A stretch of DNA of 64,000 nucleotides from Octopus vulgaris (lineage: Eukaryota), in assembly GCA_951406725.2 (NCBI GenBank), contig OX597842.1, positions 310,001 to 374,000 on the forward strand, in the 5' to 3' direction. The position numbers and the translations under genes were made by a program. The notes under the pieces were generated by a model that ran no database searches, was not told the DNA's origin, and saw only the letters and a program-made list of their open reading frames with translations. This document shows positions 49,668 through 63,066 of this stretch, piece by piece (positions within the stretch are counted from its first letter, which is position 1; each line of letters begins with the position of its first letter).

Positions 49668-50544
49668 GAATGCTACAATTTGTGTTTTTTCATATATATT
49701 TCTCCTCTAAAAGAAGAAATAATTCTATTTATCAGAATAAGACTTTCACCGATTGCATTGGCATAGTTGGATTTTAAATAATTTATATCCATATTTTTTA
49801 TATATCATCATCATTGTCATTAGTTTAACACTGTCTTTTCAAGATTCTGCTACATCTTTTGGCTAAAATAACTGAGAATTAAAAAATTTTAAAGCTATTA
49901 ACTGTCTGTTTATCAATTTATGACAATAACTAATAACTTTTTTTAACTTTTTGGAATTAAGAAAAAATTCAGTACATTTTCAGTAAAATATTCAAAAATA
50001 TAGTTTTTTAATTTTATATTTCAGCTTACGTAGAGAAACTAAGTTCCTTTTCTTGCTTTTATTTCCCAGTTGGTTCTAACGTGTATTGTTTTTGAATATT
50101 TTTATCCCCATAAAAACATTTATGCTATTAAAAAAAATTAATTTCAAAATTTGATTTTTGGTGGAATTCTCGTTTAAGTACCCCATATAACCACTCGTAA
50201 ACTTTTTAACTTTTTGGAATTAAAAAAAATTTCAGTACATTTTCAGTAAAATGTTCAAAAATATAGTTTTTTAGTTTTATATTTCAGCTTATGTAGAGAA
50301 ACTAAGTTCCTTTTCTTGCTTGTATTTCCCAGTTGGCTCGGTTAAACTAAAGCGTTTGACCCGGTCATAAAAAAAAAATAGTGTAATAGGTGTAAGTAGT
50401 ACCCAAGACTTTTTTCTTCAAGTTTCAAAGGAAACGTTGCTGGCCTAATTTTGTCATGTTTATATTCCACAGCATAAATACATAAAAACAGAACAGGCAC
50501 ACACACACACACACAGACAAGATCTTTTATTATGTATAGATATG

Positions 50545-50920
50545 TAACTGTCCCACTGCGTGGTGGCATCTTGGGCAAGTGTTTCTACTATAGCCTCGGG
50601 CCAGCCAAAGCCTTGAGAGTGGATTTGGTGGATGGAAACTGAAAGAAGCCCTTGTGTGTGTTTGTCCCCCTTACCCCACAACATCGTTTGACAACTGATC
50701 CTGGTGTGTTTACATCCCTGTAATTTAGCGGTTCAGCAAAAGAGACCGATAGAATAAGTACTAGGCTTACAAAAGTAGGTCCCAGGGTCGATTTGCTCGA
50801 CTAAAGGTGGTGCTCCATCATGGCCGCAGTCAAATGAATGGAACAAGTAAAAGAGTAAAGAGTAAAACAGTGCCCCAGCATGGCCACAATCTAATGACAG
50901 AAACAAGTAAAAGATAAAAG
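50545..50920 (+). mobile_element. tRNA-derived SINE, 5'-truncated, with a duplicated tail
   Basis: Matches 54750-54988 (TCCCACTGCGTGG...CAGCATGGCC...AAGTAAAAGAGT). Confidence 0.8.
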
Positions 50921-51268
50921 AACACACACACACACATGCATTATTACTGAAAGGCTCCATTTCCCTGAGTTACTAATTTCCCATCATCAGCTGGTAAATT
51001 GAGTTTCCTTTTCTCTTGAAATATTCCCCATTTGAATAAGCTTTTGAAATTTGAAATGGAAGTTTGAAGGAAACTCTGATCTTTATGCTCTATTGTTCAA
51101 AAAACCTTTGTGAACGACAAGTAGCAAAGAATTGGCTGCCTCAAGGTTATACTTTTGATTTTGTATCTGGTTTTCATGGTAATACTATTACAAACATCTT
51201 AAACCCCTTATGAATGAAGTCCTGCAAATGTCTTACGTTTAAATAATGTTTTACAGTTATACTTTTAA

Positions 51269-51569
51269 CTAGCAGTATTACCCGGAGATGCTCTGTTTGT
51301 AAGGGAAATAACTACATAAGCATTTTTAGAGAGTTACTTCCCTTATATACCCGAGCAAAAATCATTAAAAATGTGGAAAAATGATGGTAAATTTTTTTTT
51401 AAATCGTAGACTCATCGTAGACGCACGCTAATACCCAGAAGGGCTCGATATGAATCACGACTATAAGATACCCGCTTTTGGTTAAACTGCACCGCAAAAT
51501 GTGGGAGTAGTTAGGAATCTAAATCGGAGGAGACAGACACTCACACAACTTCAGTTTTATATATAAAGA
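51269..51569 (-). mobile_element. Non-autonomous Helitron (~300 bp)
   Basis: Minus strand begins TCTTTATATATAAAA and ends ...CCGGGTAATACTGCTAG; inserted between A and T with no TSD; subterminal hairpin is degenerate. Confidence 0.75.
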
Positions 51570-52550
51570 TTACTGTATTAAAAAACAATTTATGCCCATG
51601 TTTTACTTTAAAGCTGGGGTTCTCAACCATTTTTTATCTACGGATCCCTTTGATTGCTATTTTATTTTGCTGGAGTCCCACAACCATTCAATGTTTAATA
51701 ACTAGTTTTATAGATCCTTCTTTCACGCTGAATATCCCCGAGAACTACGTTAAGGGTACACGTGTCTTTGGAGTGCTCAGCCACTTACACGCTAATTTCA
51801 CAAGCAGGCTGTTCCGTTGATTCAGATCAACCGGAACCCTCATCGTCGTAACCGACGGAGTGCTTCCATCCCATATTTAAACCACAAACAGTTTCAGGAT
51901 TTTGAGTGTATGGAGCTTATAACATTTATAATAATACTAGTCTGAAGGCTGCACACAATGTGGACCTTTACGCTTACTCTTGCGGAAGGATAATTTGGCC
52001 TACAGCCCCAAACTAAAGTGGGCTAAATTGCATGACCATAATACATCTATAATAACTATAGGCCCCTAGTGGTGTTTGATCAGAGGTTAAGGATGGAGAA
52101 GAATTAATTCTTTAATGCAATCATTCTATTGTTCCGGTCCCAAGTTGTATTCCAACTGTTGGCCAATTTGTCCCAAAGTTCTTATCTCGACATAAAATTA
52201 AGAAAGCAAATGTCATTTCTCTCACCCTTGGTCTTTAACATCATCAGACAAATGTCCGCTTTATATGGGGTTAATCTATATTTTTGTTATTTTTCATTTG
52301 ACCTGCTCGCTTATATTCTTAGTGTGCTGAATTATTTCTTGAGAACAATTCTAAGTGGTTGAGTCCCTTTGCGGATCTATCTCTAGCGTAAGAGCATCCA
52401 CATAGTGGATTCTCTTTTATAGTTGTGTATTAATAATATTTACTGAATCTCAGTCCTTTATATGCTAGACCACTGGTGTTTAAATTGATGTTATTAATTG
52501 ATGTTATTAAATTAATATCCAATTATTTCACCCTCTTTTTGACTTATATA

Positions 52551-52591
<41 letters not shown>

Positions 52592-53060
52592 AGAAAAAAA
52601 ACCCAAAAAAAACTCTTAGTTATAATGATTTTGAAAGGATGGACTTGGTGCAAACATAACTGTATTTATTATTATTATTATTATTAATATTAATAGTAAT
52701 TTGTATTGACTTTTATAGGTTTATAATTTTATGAACTGAACTATGGTTTTTTATTATTATTTTTCAGATATAGGTACGATTTTAATTTAAATAGTAGTGC
52801 GCATATATCTTCCTATGTGTTATTTTTTAGAACTATTAGCCAAATATGTAAAATAACTGTGCTTATTAATATTAATATATACACTGATATATATTTTGTT
52901 TTATTTTGTTTTGTTTACCTTGCATTTTTGTATCAATGAGTATTATATATGTGTAGCAATATGGAGTTTATGCACAAGTTTTTATATTTTACATTTTTAT
53001 ATTCTTATATTTATATGTATATGGAAAATTAATTTTTTTCACAATTATAACAAATTAAAT

Positions 53061-53170
53061 TCTCTGAAGAGGCCGTGGGGCATCCTTGTTAATGCCTCAT
53101 TTATACCTGCCTTTATGGCTTATAGGTTAAATGAGGTATGACTGCCCTTACTGCCGAAACAGCTGTCAGA
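53061..53170 (+). ncRNA. Type I hammerhead ribozyme with extended stem II
   Basis: TCT-CTGAAGA-GGC(CGTGGGGCA...long hairpin...TGCCCTTAC)TGCC-GAAAC-AGCT-GTC-AGA; palindromic stem III ACAGCTGT; GUC cleavage triplet at 53165-53167. Lies in a (TA)n-flanked AT-rich block at ~52590-53355. Confidence 0.8.
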
Positions 53171-53353
53171 TATGATATAATTACATATTATATTTTATAT
53201 TTTATATTTCTATTTCCTTGTCTATTTATATTTACTATATATGTTATATAATGCCTTTACTGATATGTAATGGTGTAATGAAGTATTGATTGGGTATCAT
53301 CTGATGGTTGATGTTTTATTGATTTAAGTATGTTTCTCCATTTTCTAATTTTG

Positions 53354-53395
<42 letters not shown>

Positions 53396-53430
53396 TAGAT
53401 ACCCTAAATTATAATTTTAAATATATATAT

Positions 53431-53740
53431 ATCATCATCGCTTAACGTCCGTTTACCGTGCTAGCATGGGTTGGACAGTTCGACCGGGGATCTGGGAAGC
53501 CAGAAGGCTGCACCAGGCTCCAGTCTGATCTGGCAGTGTTTCTATGGCTGGATGCCCTTCCTAACGCCAACCACTCTGTGAGTGTAGTGGGTGCTTTACG
53601 TGCCTCCGGCACTGGAGCCAGGGGAGTCTGGCAGCAGCCATGATTGGTTGGTGCTTTCTACGTGCCACCGGCACAGAAGCCAGTCAGGGCGGCGCTGGCA
53701 TCGGCCACGTTCAGATGGTGCTTTTTGCATGCCACCAGCG
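53431..53740 (-). mobile_element. RTE 3'-UTR fragment (5'-truncated)
   Basis: Homologous to 13612-13890, including the (ATG)n tail. Confidence 0.88.
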
Positions 53741-53870
53741 CAAAATTATTTAAAATTATAATTTAGGGCATCTAAGAGATAGCACCACGCTGGAAATAGC
53801 AGCTAAAACTTGACTCTAAAACCACATATATTTGTATGTATATGCTCATATATGTAAGTATATCATATGT

Positions 53871-53918
<48 letters not shown>

Positions 53919-53968
53919 ACATATGATATACTTACATATATATTTGTATTTATGTGCTTTCTGAGTAT

Positions 53969-54027
53969 ATTCCACTGATGAAGGCAGAGCATTTCTTATG
54001 CAAAACCAGAAATCCAGGATCTGGAAT
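53969..54027 (+). ncRNA. Type I hammerhead ribozyme candidate
   Basis: Stem I ATTCCA/TGGAAT (6 bp), core CTGATGA, stem II GG..GCAT..ATGC..CC, GAAA, stem III ATCC-A-GGAT, AUC triplet. Lies between inverted arms at ~53745-53826 and ~54101-54187. Confidence 0.7.
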
Positions 54028-54258
54028 TATCCAGTAATTTTTTTGGTAGTTTATTTTGTCTCTGTGTCTTCTTTCCTGATGCTCTTATGATGAACATTTA
54101 ATGTGGTTTTAGAGTCAAGTTTTGACTGCTATTTCCAGCATGCTGGTATCTCTTAGATACCCTAAATTATAATTTTAAATTATTATTACCCTTGAAGGTT
54201 TTTATTCCCATGCTGGCCACCTGATAAGATCAGTATTTAAATATTGATCTTATCCCTA

Positions 54259-54292
<34 letters not shown>

Positions 54293-54391
54293 CATATATT
54301 AAAAAGTTTGGAGATAATGTACAGGTATTTTATATTAGAAGAAATGAGGTACTTAGAAAATCGGATGGTTTTATATTTACAGATATTTATT

Positions 54392-54590
54392 TGTATATTA
54401 CATGTTTTTATACATCATATAACTTATATCATATATTAGCGCATTCGTCCATTCTGGTGGAGTTTTCAAATTGAACTGTTCAATTGAAAACTCCACCAGA
54501 GTGGAATGTTCAATTTGAATTTTCCACCAGAATGGCCGAAAGCGCTAATATATGAAATAAGTTATATGATGTATAAAAATATGTAATATA
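54392..54590. repeat. Nested inverted repeat carrying only the 3' half of a hammerhead-like motif
   Basis: tttttatacatcatataactta...attagcgcattcgtccattctggtgg is mirrored by ccaccagaatggccGAAAGCGCTAat...taagttatatgatgtataaaa. Confidence 0.65.
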
Positions 54591-54599
54591 TATATATAC

Positions 54600-54637
<38 letters not shown>

Positions 54638-54687
54638 TGACTGTAAAAGACTTTCTCACCTTCCCATTTTAATTATATATGTATTGA

Positions 54688-54988
54688 TAGGCGTAGGAGT
54701 GGCTGTGTGGTAAGTAGCTTGCTTACCGACCACATGGTTCCGGGTTCAGTCCCACTGCGTGGCACCTTGGGCAAGTGTCTTCTACTATAGCCTTGTGTGT
54801 GGATTTGGTAGACGGAAACCGATGCTGGTGTGTTTATATCCCCGTTACTTAGCGGTTCGGCAAAAGAGACCGATAGAATAAGTACTGGGCTTACAAAGAA
54901 TAAGTCCTGGGGTCGAGTTCATCGATTAAAGGCAGTGCTCCAGCATGGCCGCAGTCAAGTGACTGAAACAAGTAAAAGAGTAAAAAGA
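54688..54988 (+). mobile_element. tRNA-derived SINE with internal deletions
   Basis: A-box-like TGGCTGTGTGGT, B-box-like GGTTCAGTCCC, CCTTGGGCAAGTG core and an AAGTAAAAGAGT tail. Confidence 0.85.
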
Positions 54989-55264
54989 GAGAATATATAT
55001 ACACAAACATATACAGCTGCATATCGGTGTATAGATGTGTACGTATGTCTCCCTCTATATATAAGTATACTTACTCAGAAACTCATAAATATGCATATGT
55101 GTGTATATGTGTATGTATGTACGGATGTGTGTGTATATGTGTATGTATGTATATATGTAAGTGTGTATTCCTGTCTATATATGTGTATATGTATATACGT
55201 GTGTGTGTTTATGTGTACACATGTGGAATATATGTATGTGTATATATATACATAAATAGACATA

Positions 55265-55301
<37 letters not shown>

Positions 55302-55371
55302 GCATATAAATTTGCACATACATGTGTGTATGCACCTATACATGTGTATATATATACTTGTGTATGTATGC

Positions 55372-55426
<55 letters not shown>

Positions 55427-55819
55427 TATATACACAAACCTATATATGTAGGCTCTCTTGTAGCCACCTGGGATTTGTAATAACTGAGTTTGTTTTGGGA
55501 TTACAGCGCTGTGTGTTGAATAGGAAGGAGTCGTTAGTCAGACAGTGCCGAAGACTTTGGTGCAGTTAATGTATTAGTTCCACAAGAAATGGTAGAAAAT
55601 CCAGAGGGATGGCGGAGGAGGGGGCAGGGCGGTGTTGGTGGTACGTGGCAGAAGGAATGGTAAGTGGTAGATTCGCAATGAAGAAAAAAAAAGAATGATT
55701 CCTTGTTCTCTGGAGAGGAACAGAAGGGGATGGGTGAGAGGAGGGGGAAGAGGGGGGAAGCCAGGAAAGATCGATAAGAGACTGCAACAATGAAAGCAAC
55801 AGTAACTTTGAAGACTTAG

Positions 55820-55847
55820 GATAATGATAATAATAATAATAATAATG

Positions 55848-55878
<31 letters not shown>

Positions 55879-56045
55879 GGTTAATAATAATAATAATAAT
55901 AATAATAATGATAATAATAATGATAATAATAATGATAATAATAATAATAATAATAATGATAATAATAATAAAAATAATGGCGGTGCCCCAGCATGGCCAC
56001 AGCTCATAAGCTGAGACTAGAATCAATCAATCAATCATAATAATG

Positions 56046-56079
<34 letters not shown>

Positions 56080-56093
56080 TAATAATAACAATG

Positions 56094-56128
<35 letters not shown>

Positions 56129-56390
56129 AATAATAATAATGATAATAATAACAATGATAATAATAATAATAATAATAATGATAATAATAATAACAATAAT
56201 AATAATAACAATAATAATAATAATAATGATAATAATAATAATAATAATAATAACAATAATAATAATAATAATAATGATAATAATAACAATCATAATAATA
56301 ATAATAATAATAATAATGATAATAATAATAACAATAACAATAATAATAATAATAATAATAATGGTAATAATAATAATTATGATGATAATA

Positions 56391-56427
<37 letters not shown>

Positions 56428-56657
56428 TAATAATAATAATGGTAATAATAATAATTATGATGATAATAATGGTAATAATAATAATAATAATAATGATAAT
56501 AATAATAATAATAATGGTAATAATAATAATTATGATGATAATAATGGTAATAATAATAATAATAATAATGATAATAATAATAATAATAATGGTAATAATA
56601 ATAATTATGATGATAATAATGATAATAATAATAATAAAAAAATAATAATAATAATAG
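55820..56657. repeat. Long degenerate (AAT)n microsatellite followed by GGT/GAT runs to ~56830
   Basis: Seen directly; source of the poly-Ile and poly-Leu pseudo-ORFs. Confidence 0.97.
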
Positions 56658-56745
56658 TTTGGTAGTAGTGGGGGTGGTTTGTGGTACTGGTTGTAGTGGT
56701 GGTGGTGGTGAAGGTGGTGGTGGTGGGTAGTGATGGCGGAGGTGT

Positions 56746-56776
<31 letters not shown>

Positions 56777-56989
56777 AATGATCACATGATGGTGGTGGTG
56801 ATGATGATGATGGTGATGGTGATGAAGAAGATGAAAAGGAGGAAAAGAGAGGTGGAGAAGGGGAGAGTAAAAAGATGAGGCTGATTAGATGAAATGATTG
56901 GAGTGTTTGATGAGTTTAAAGAAATTGGGTGGGGGGTTGGGGTCTGGTGGGTGGTTGGGGTCGAGGCTTAGCGGTGGGGAAAGTGTCAG

Positions 56990-57026
56990 ATAGTGTGTGT
57001 GTGTATATGTGTAACTGTGTGTCTAC

Positions 57027-57061
<35 letters not shown>

Positions 57062-57112
57062 ATGTGTATATATATTTATAAGTATGTGTATATATATATA
57101 TATGTATGTATG

Positions 57113-57144
<32 letters not shown>

Positions 57145-57246
57145 CAGAGACACACGCACACACACACATATATAGATATGCATGTTTACACATGTATATA
57201 TATTATGTATGTTTAGACATCAATATATATACATACACACAGTTAT

Positions 57247-57277
<31 letters not shown>

Positions 57278-58547
57278 AATACACACACATATGTGTATTA
57301 GTAAGAATGCACACAATATATATATGTGTGTGCGTGTATATATATATATATAAATATTTGGGCATGCGTGTATATTTATTCATGTATATACATATGTTCC
57401 CACAGGTTTCATGCATTTTTATGTGTGTTAGTGTGTATATATATATATATATATATATAAGTTCACCGACAACAACTGAGGGACCCCTCCACAAGACAGA
57501 TACCACTAAGTGGACACTTAGACCCTTGTGCACACAATAAGTCCCCCAAATTCTTAGTCTTCCCACTATACCAATGCTCGGACAACACCACAGACCAAAC
57601 ACGAATAAATAGGGAAAGTAATCTTATTCAAAAATACAGACCACAACTAAACATACTCTAACATACCCCCTAGGCACACATCCAGAACAAGCACACAGGG
57701 ACACGCCCACACTCGCAACATATCATGCAGGCGGACACATGCACGCATCGGCACACATAGGGCACACTAGCGGGCATTGACCACACACATACGCGGCACG
57801 CACACGCATGCATTGTATATATGTATGTTATGTATGTGTGTGAGTGTTGTGTGGATTGTGTGTGTGTATGTATTTATATGTGTATATGTTTTATATATAT
57901 GTATATATGTGTGTGTTGTGTGTGTGTATGCATTGTATATGTGTATATGTGAGTACATTGTGTGTGTGTGTGGTATGTAGATATATGTGTGTGTACGCTA
58001 TATGTATGTATTTTGTGTGTGTGTGTGTGCATTATATATATATGTATGTGTATATGTGTGAATATATATATATATATATGTGTATATATATGTGCATTAT
58101 ATACATGTGCATTGTGTATATGTATATTATATGTATGTGTGTTGTATATGTATGTATACATTATGTGTATATGTATGTGTATATATGCATTGTATATATG
58201 TATATTGTATGTGTGTTATATATGCATGAATACATGTATATACATTGCATGTATATATCTGTATGCATTGTGTATGTGTATGTTATGTATATATATGTTA
58301 TATGTATGCGTATGTGTATATGTATACATTGTATGTATGTATATTGTGTGTATATGTGGTATATTTATGTATGTGTACGTAAACACTATATATATGTATA
58401 TATGTATATATGTATATGCATTGTCTATATATATATATTATATGTATGTATTGTGTATGTATGTTATATGTATATATTGTGTATGTGTATTATTTACATG
58501 CTGTGTATGTGTATTGTATGTGTATTGTATGTAGGATGTGTGTGCGT

Positions 58548-58591
<44 letters not shown>

Positions 58592-59000
58592 GTGTGTGTG
58601 TGTTGTGTGTGTGTGTTATATGTGTGTGTGTTTGTATATTATGTGTGTGTGTGTTGTGTATGTATGTGTGTGTGTGGGGTGGTCAGATATGTGTGTGTGT
58701 GTGGTGTGTGTATGATGTGTGTGTGTGTGTGTTGTGTGCGTGTGTGTTGTGTGTGTGTGTGTGTGTGTGTATAAATTTATATGTAGTGTGTGTGTATGGC
58801 TGCACACACGCGTAGACGCGCACGCATATATACACACACCATCCTACCCCCAAAAATATATACACACACAACACCATGACAACCACACACACTTGACAAA
58901 CAGACGCCATCTGACCAAATACTACAGACACACAGACACATCTATTCACACCACATGTATGTGTATGCACGCACACATACACGCAGAGACACACATATTC
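56990..59000. repeat. Low-complexity (TA)/(TG)/(CA) microsatellite field
   Basis: Seen directly; a short unique-looking island lies at ~57460-57780. Confidence 0.92.
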
Positions 59001-59121
59001 ACCTCATCCTAACCCCAAAATCATTGATGCTTGAAGGAAAGCCAAAAAAAGAAAAAAACGGGTACATCTTTTTCAATTCTACATTTCTGCTAAAACGAAC
59101 AGGTCAGTAAACAACCTCACC

Positions 59122-60098
59122 TTGAATTCATAATATTCTGTACTGACCCTGAGATGTATAATATATTTGTTTTAATCTTTTCTGCCCATTTTTTCAAATA
59201 TTCTCATCATACTGTTGTACTTTTTTATGTCCTTAACATGTCCTTGTTACCAAAGACTGTATATATACATGTAATGTGGCAATTTGCAACAACCAATAAT
59301 TAACGCAACCAAACTTCCAATAATATATTTGTTTTATTATTTTCTGCCCATTTTTTCAAATATTCTCATCACACTGTTGTACTTTTTTATGCCCTTAACA
59401 TGTCCCTGTTACCAAAGACTGTATATATACATGTAATGTGGCAATTATGTAAAAAATTTTTGAATTCATAATATTCTGTACTGAACATTTTTTGATATTT
59501 CCTCCTGGAAATTACCCTGAGATGTATAATATATTTGTTTTAATCTTTACTCCCCATTTTTTCAAATATTCTCATCACACTGTTGTACTTTTTTATGCCC
59601 TTAACATGTCCCTGTTACCAAAGACTGTATATATACATGTAATGTGGCAATTATGTAAAAAATTTTTGAATTCATAATATTCTGTACTGAACATTTTTTG
59701 ATATTTCCTCCTGGAAATTACCCTGAGATGTATAATATATTTGTTTTAATCTTTTCTGCCCATTTTTTCAAATATTCTCATCATACTGTTGTACTTTTTT
59801 ATGTCCTTAACATGTCCCTGTTACCAAAGACTGTATATATACATGTAATGTGGCAATTATGTAAAAAATTTTTGAATTCATAATATTCTGTACTGAACAT
59901 TTTTTGATATTTCCTCCTGGAAATTACCCTGAGATGTATAATATATTTGTTTTAATCTTTACTCCCCATTTTTTCAAATATTCTCATCATACTGTTGTAC
60001 TTCTTTATGTCCTTAACATGTCCTTGTTACCAAAGACTGTATATATACATGTAATGTGGCAATTTGCAACAACCAATAATTAACGCAACCAAACTTCC
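59122..60098. repeat. 206-bp tandem repeat (3 full plus partial copies)
   Basis: TTGAATTCATAATATTCTGTACTGA recurs at 59122, 59460, 59666 and 59872. Confidence 0.92.
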
Positions 60099-60283
60099 AT
60101 ATGTTACTTTTGACAATCTTTTTCCAAAGAGTGAAACCGGTTAAGTAAATAAACATCTTTTAAATTGCATTTTCAAACCTTCTTTCGTATATAATTCCAC
60201 TCGTGCGATACCCCACAACTCAACTTTGTTATATATATATATATATACACATACATACATATATATATATACACATATATATA

Positions 60284-61390
60284 TCATCATCATCATCATC
60301 ATCATCATCATCGTTTAACATCCGTTTTCCGCACTAGCACGGGTTGGACGGTTCGACCGGGGTCTGGGAAGCCAGGGGCCGCTCCAGGCTCCAGTCTGAT
60401 CTGGCAGAGTTTCTACGGCTGGATGCCCTTCCTAATGCCAACCACTCCGTGAGTGGAGTGGGTGCTTTTTACGTGCCACCTGCACAGGGGCCAGGGGGTC
60501 CGGCATCGGTCACGATCGGTTCGAGCTTTTAACGTGCCAGCGGCACAAGGGCAACGGGATCCGGGGTACTTTGGGGATCTGGGGTACTTTGAATGGGTAG
60601 GGGTGGGGAAGGTTGGGGGTAAGGAGGAACGATGGCAGGAAGGGTTGGTGCAGGTTCGTAAGAAATAAAAACGTAGGATATTACGAGGCGTGGAGGGGAC
60701 TGGAAGGAGATAGTAGAATTGAGGCAGTGTCAGATTCAAAACAGGAAGAAGCGTAAGATCAGTGGGCGGTTGATGAGCTGTGACGCTAGCAGCTTGTCTT
60801 TTCACAGTGAAAGCATATGAGGAGAAGGGGTAGGAAGGGATGGTGGGGGAGGAGGAGGGAGTATCCGGTGTAGATGGTGAGAACAGTGTTCACCGGTATT
60901 GGTGGTGGGGGTGGGAGGGCGGGCGCACCGCGCACTGGGAGAAGATGAGATTTAGGCGGCAGAAAGAAAGACAGGATTTGAGATGGAATGCTTTGCGATC
61001 GTGTGCATAAGTTTCTATGAGTGGAAGTTGGGAAAAGATGGGTTAGAGAATTAAGCAACAGAAAGAAAGACCAGATTTGAGACGAGATGTTTTTGCGAAG
61101 TTTTTGTGAGTGAAAGTTTATATGCTTCAGCTAGCATTTGAGACGAAAGACAACGATAACGCTAATATATGGGGAAACAATAATAATAAGAAGGCTTGAT
61201 GGTGATGATGATACTTGCAAAAACAATGAAAAGGAACAGGACTTAGCTGATATTTTTCATCCTGCGTATTGGCTAAGCCTGTGGAAGCGAGTGAAGGTGA
61301 GATATATATACAGAGAGAGAGAGAGACAGTGATAACAGAGGGAGAAACCGACACCACATAGCGAGAGAGAGAGCGAGAGCGAGAGAGCGC

Positions 61391-61428
<38 letters not shown>

Positions 61429-61640
61429 GAGAGACATAGTGATAACAGAGGGACAAAACGGCACCGCGCACTGGGAGAAGATGAGATTTAGGCGGCAGAA
61501 AGAAAGACAGGATTTGAGATGGAATGCTTTGCGATCGTGTGCATAAGTTTCTATGAGTGGAAGTTGGGAAAAGATGGGTTAGAGAATTAAGCGACAGAAA
61601 GAAAGACCAGATTTGAGACGAGATGTTTTTGCGAAGTTTT

Positions 61641-61642
<2 letters not shown>
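60284..61642 (-). mobile_element. Internally deleted, non-autonomous derivative of RTE-2 (5' UTR fused to 3' UTR) with a duplicated ~180-bp 5' block
   Basis: 60284-60603 matches 37831-38168 and 60603-60930 matches ~41476-41955. Block 60923-61106 is repeated at 61460-61642. Confidence 0.85.
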
Positions 61643-61682
<40 letters not shown>

Positions 61683-61758
61683 TATATATGTACATATATA
61701 TATATATACATATATATATATGTACATATATATATATATGTAAATATATATATGTACA

Positions 61759-61876
<118 letters not shown>

Positions 61877-62025
61877 AATTGAGGACTGCACACGAAAAGT
61901 GGACAGTCAACATGCTAGATATAGACGTCAAATCGCCATTCTCCACAAAAAGTCTATGTTCTCAGATCAAACTCAACAAAACCAAAGTAATAAACAAGTG
62001 AAAAATATACGAAATAAATATTTAC

Positions 62026-62090
62026 CCATGTACTAAATTTAGTTTCAGCTGTTATTTTCCGCAAGGAAAAGTGCAGCATCATCAGCATGG
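62026..62090 (-). ncRNA. Type I hammerhead ribozyme (inverted copy)
   Basis: Minus strand: CCATG-CTGATGA-TGCTG..TTTTCC..GGAAAA..CAGCT-GAAAC-TAAATTTA-GTA-CATGG. Confidence 0.8.
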
Positions 62091-62274
62091 TCCCATATAA
62101 AATGTAATTTGCTGTACTAAATGCCAACTGCAGGCTAGTTTTTCTCGGGTCTCATCGCGCCAAAAGTAGAGGCATTTGAAATATATATTTCAAATGTAAT
62201 AGGCCGTACTCCATGCACGCGATATTTCGGTATCGTATTGGCATTTAGTATAGCAAATTGCATTTTATATGGGA

Positions 62275-62340
62275 CCATGCTGATGATGGCTGCACTTTTC
62301 CTTACGGAAAATAACAGCTGAAACTAAATTTAGTACATGG
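62275..62340 (+). ncRNA. Type I hammerhead ribozyme with palindromic stem III
   Basis: Stem I CCATG/CATGG, core CTGATGA (62280-62286), stem II GGCTG/CAGCT with inner TTTTCC/GGAAAA, GAAA, palindrome ACTAAATTTAGT, GUA triplet at 62333-62335. Confidence 0.82.
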
Positions 62341-62569
62341 GTAAATATTTATTTCGTATATTTTTCACTTGTTTATTACTTTGGTTTTGTTGAGTTTGAT
62401 CTGAGAACATAAACTTTTTGTGGAGAATGGCGATTTGACGTCTATATCTAGCATGTTGACTGTCCACTTTTCGTGTGCAGTCCTTAATTGGTATATATAA
62501 ATATTTTAATCTTCGGATTCTTTCTTTAATATGCTAGACCACTGGTTCTAATTGATAAATATCAATTTT

Positions 62570-63066
62570 TACGGTTCTACTGGGGTCTGTGGAGCCAGAA
62601 GGCTTCATCAGGCCCAGTCAAATCTGGCAGTGTTTCTACGGCTGGATGCCCTTCCTAACGCCAACCACTCCGTGAGTGTAGTGGGTGCTTTTTACGTGCC
62701 ATCCGCACAGGTGCCAGACAGAGCTGGCAAACGGCCACGAACGGATGGTGCTTTTTATGTGCCACCGGCACGAGGGCCAGGCCAGGCTGGCAACGGACAC
62801 GAAACGGGGCGGTGCTGGCAATGGTCGCGAAACGGAAGGATCTCTTACATGCCACCGGCACTGGTAACACATCTGCAATTTCCATTGATCGATTTCGATT
62901 CTGATCCTCACTTGCCTCAACAGCTCTTCACAAATAGAGTTTTGTGTCCCAAGAAGGGAAGGTATGCATACGTAGGCTGGCTCCATCCCATGTAGAAGGC
63001 CACGGGTTATGGACTCACTTGTCCTGCCGGGTCTTCTCGCGCACAGCACACTTCCAGAGGTCTCGG
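62570..63066 (-). mobile_element. RTE-1 3' fragment (last ORF codons plus most of the 3' UTR, tail missing)
   Basis: Collinear with 13657-14142. Confidence 0.92.

Noticed and set aside
54221-54255. CTGATAAG hairpin resembling a hammerhead core
   Set aside because: The core is CTGATAA with no GAAA; it is a simple palindrome.
54688-54765. tRNA gene-like sequence (also ~48645-48710)
   Set aside because: These are SINE heads: no complete cloverleaf, and they continue into SINE body and tail.
54830-59012. Poly-Ile/Leu and YI/CV-rich ORFs
   Set aside because: Translations of (AAT)n, (TA)n and (TG)n microsatellites.
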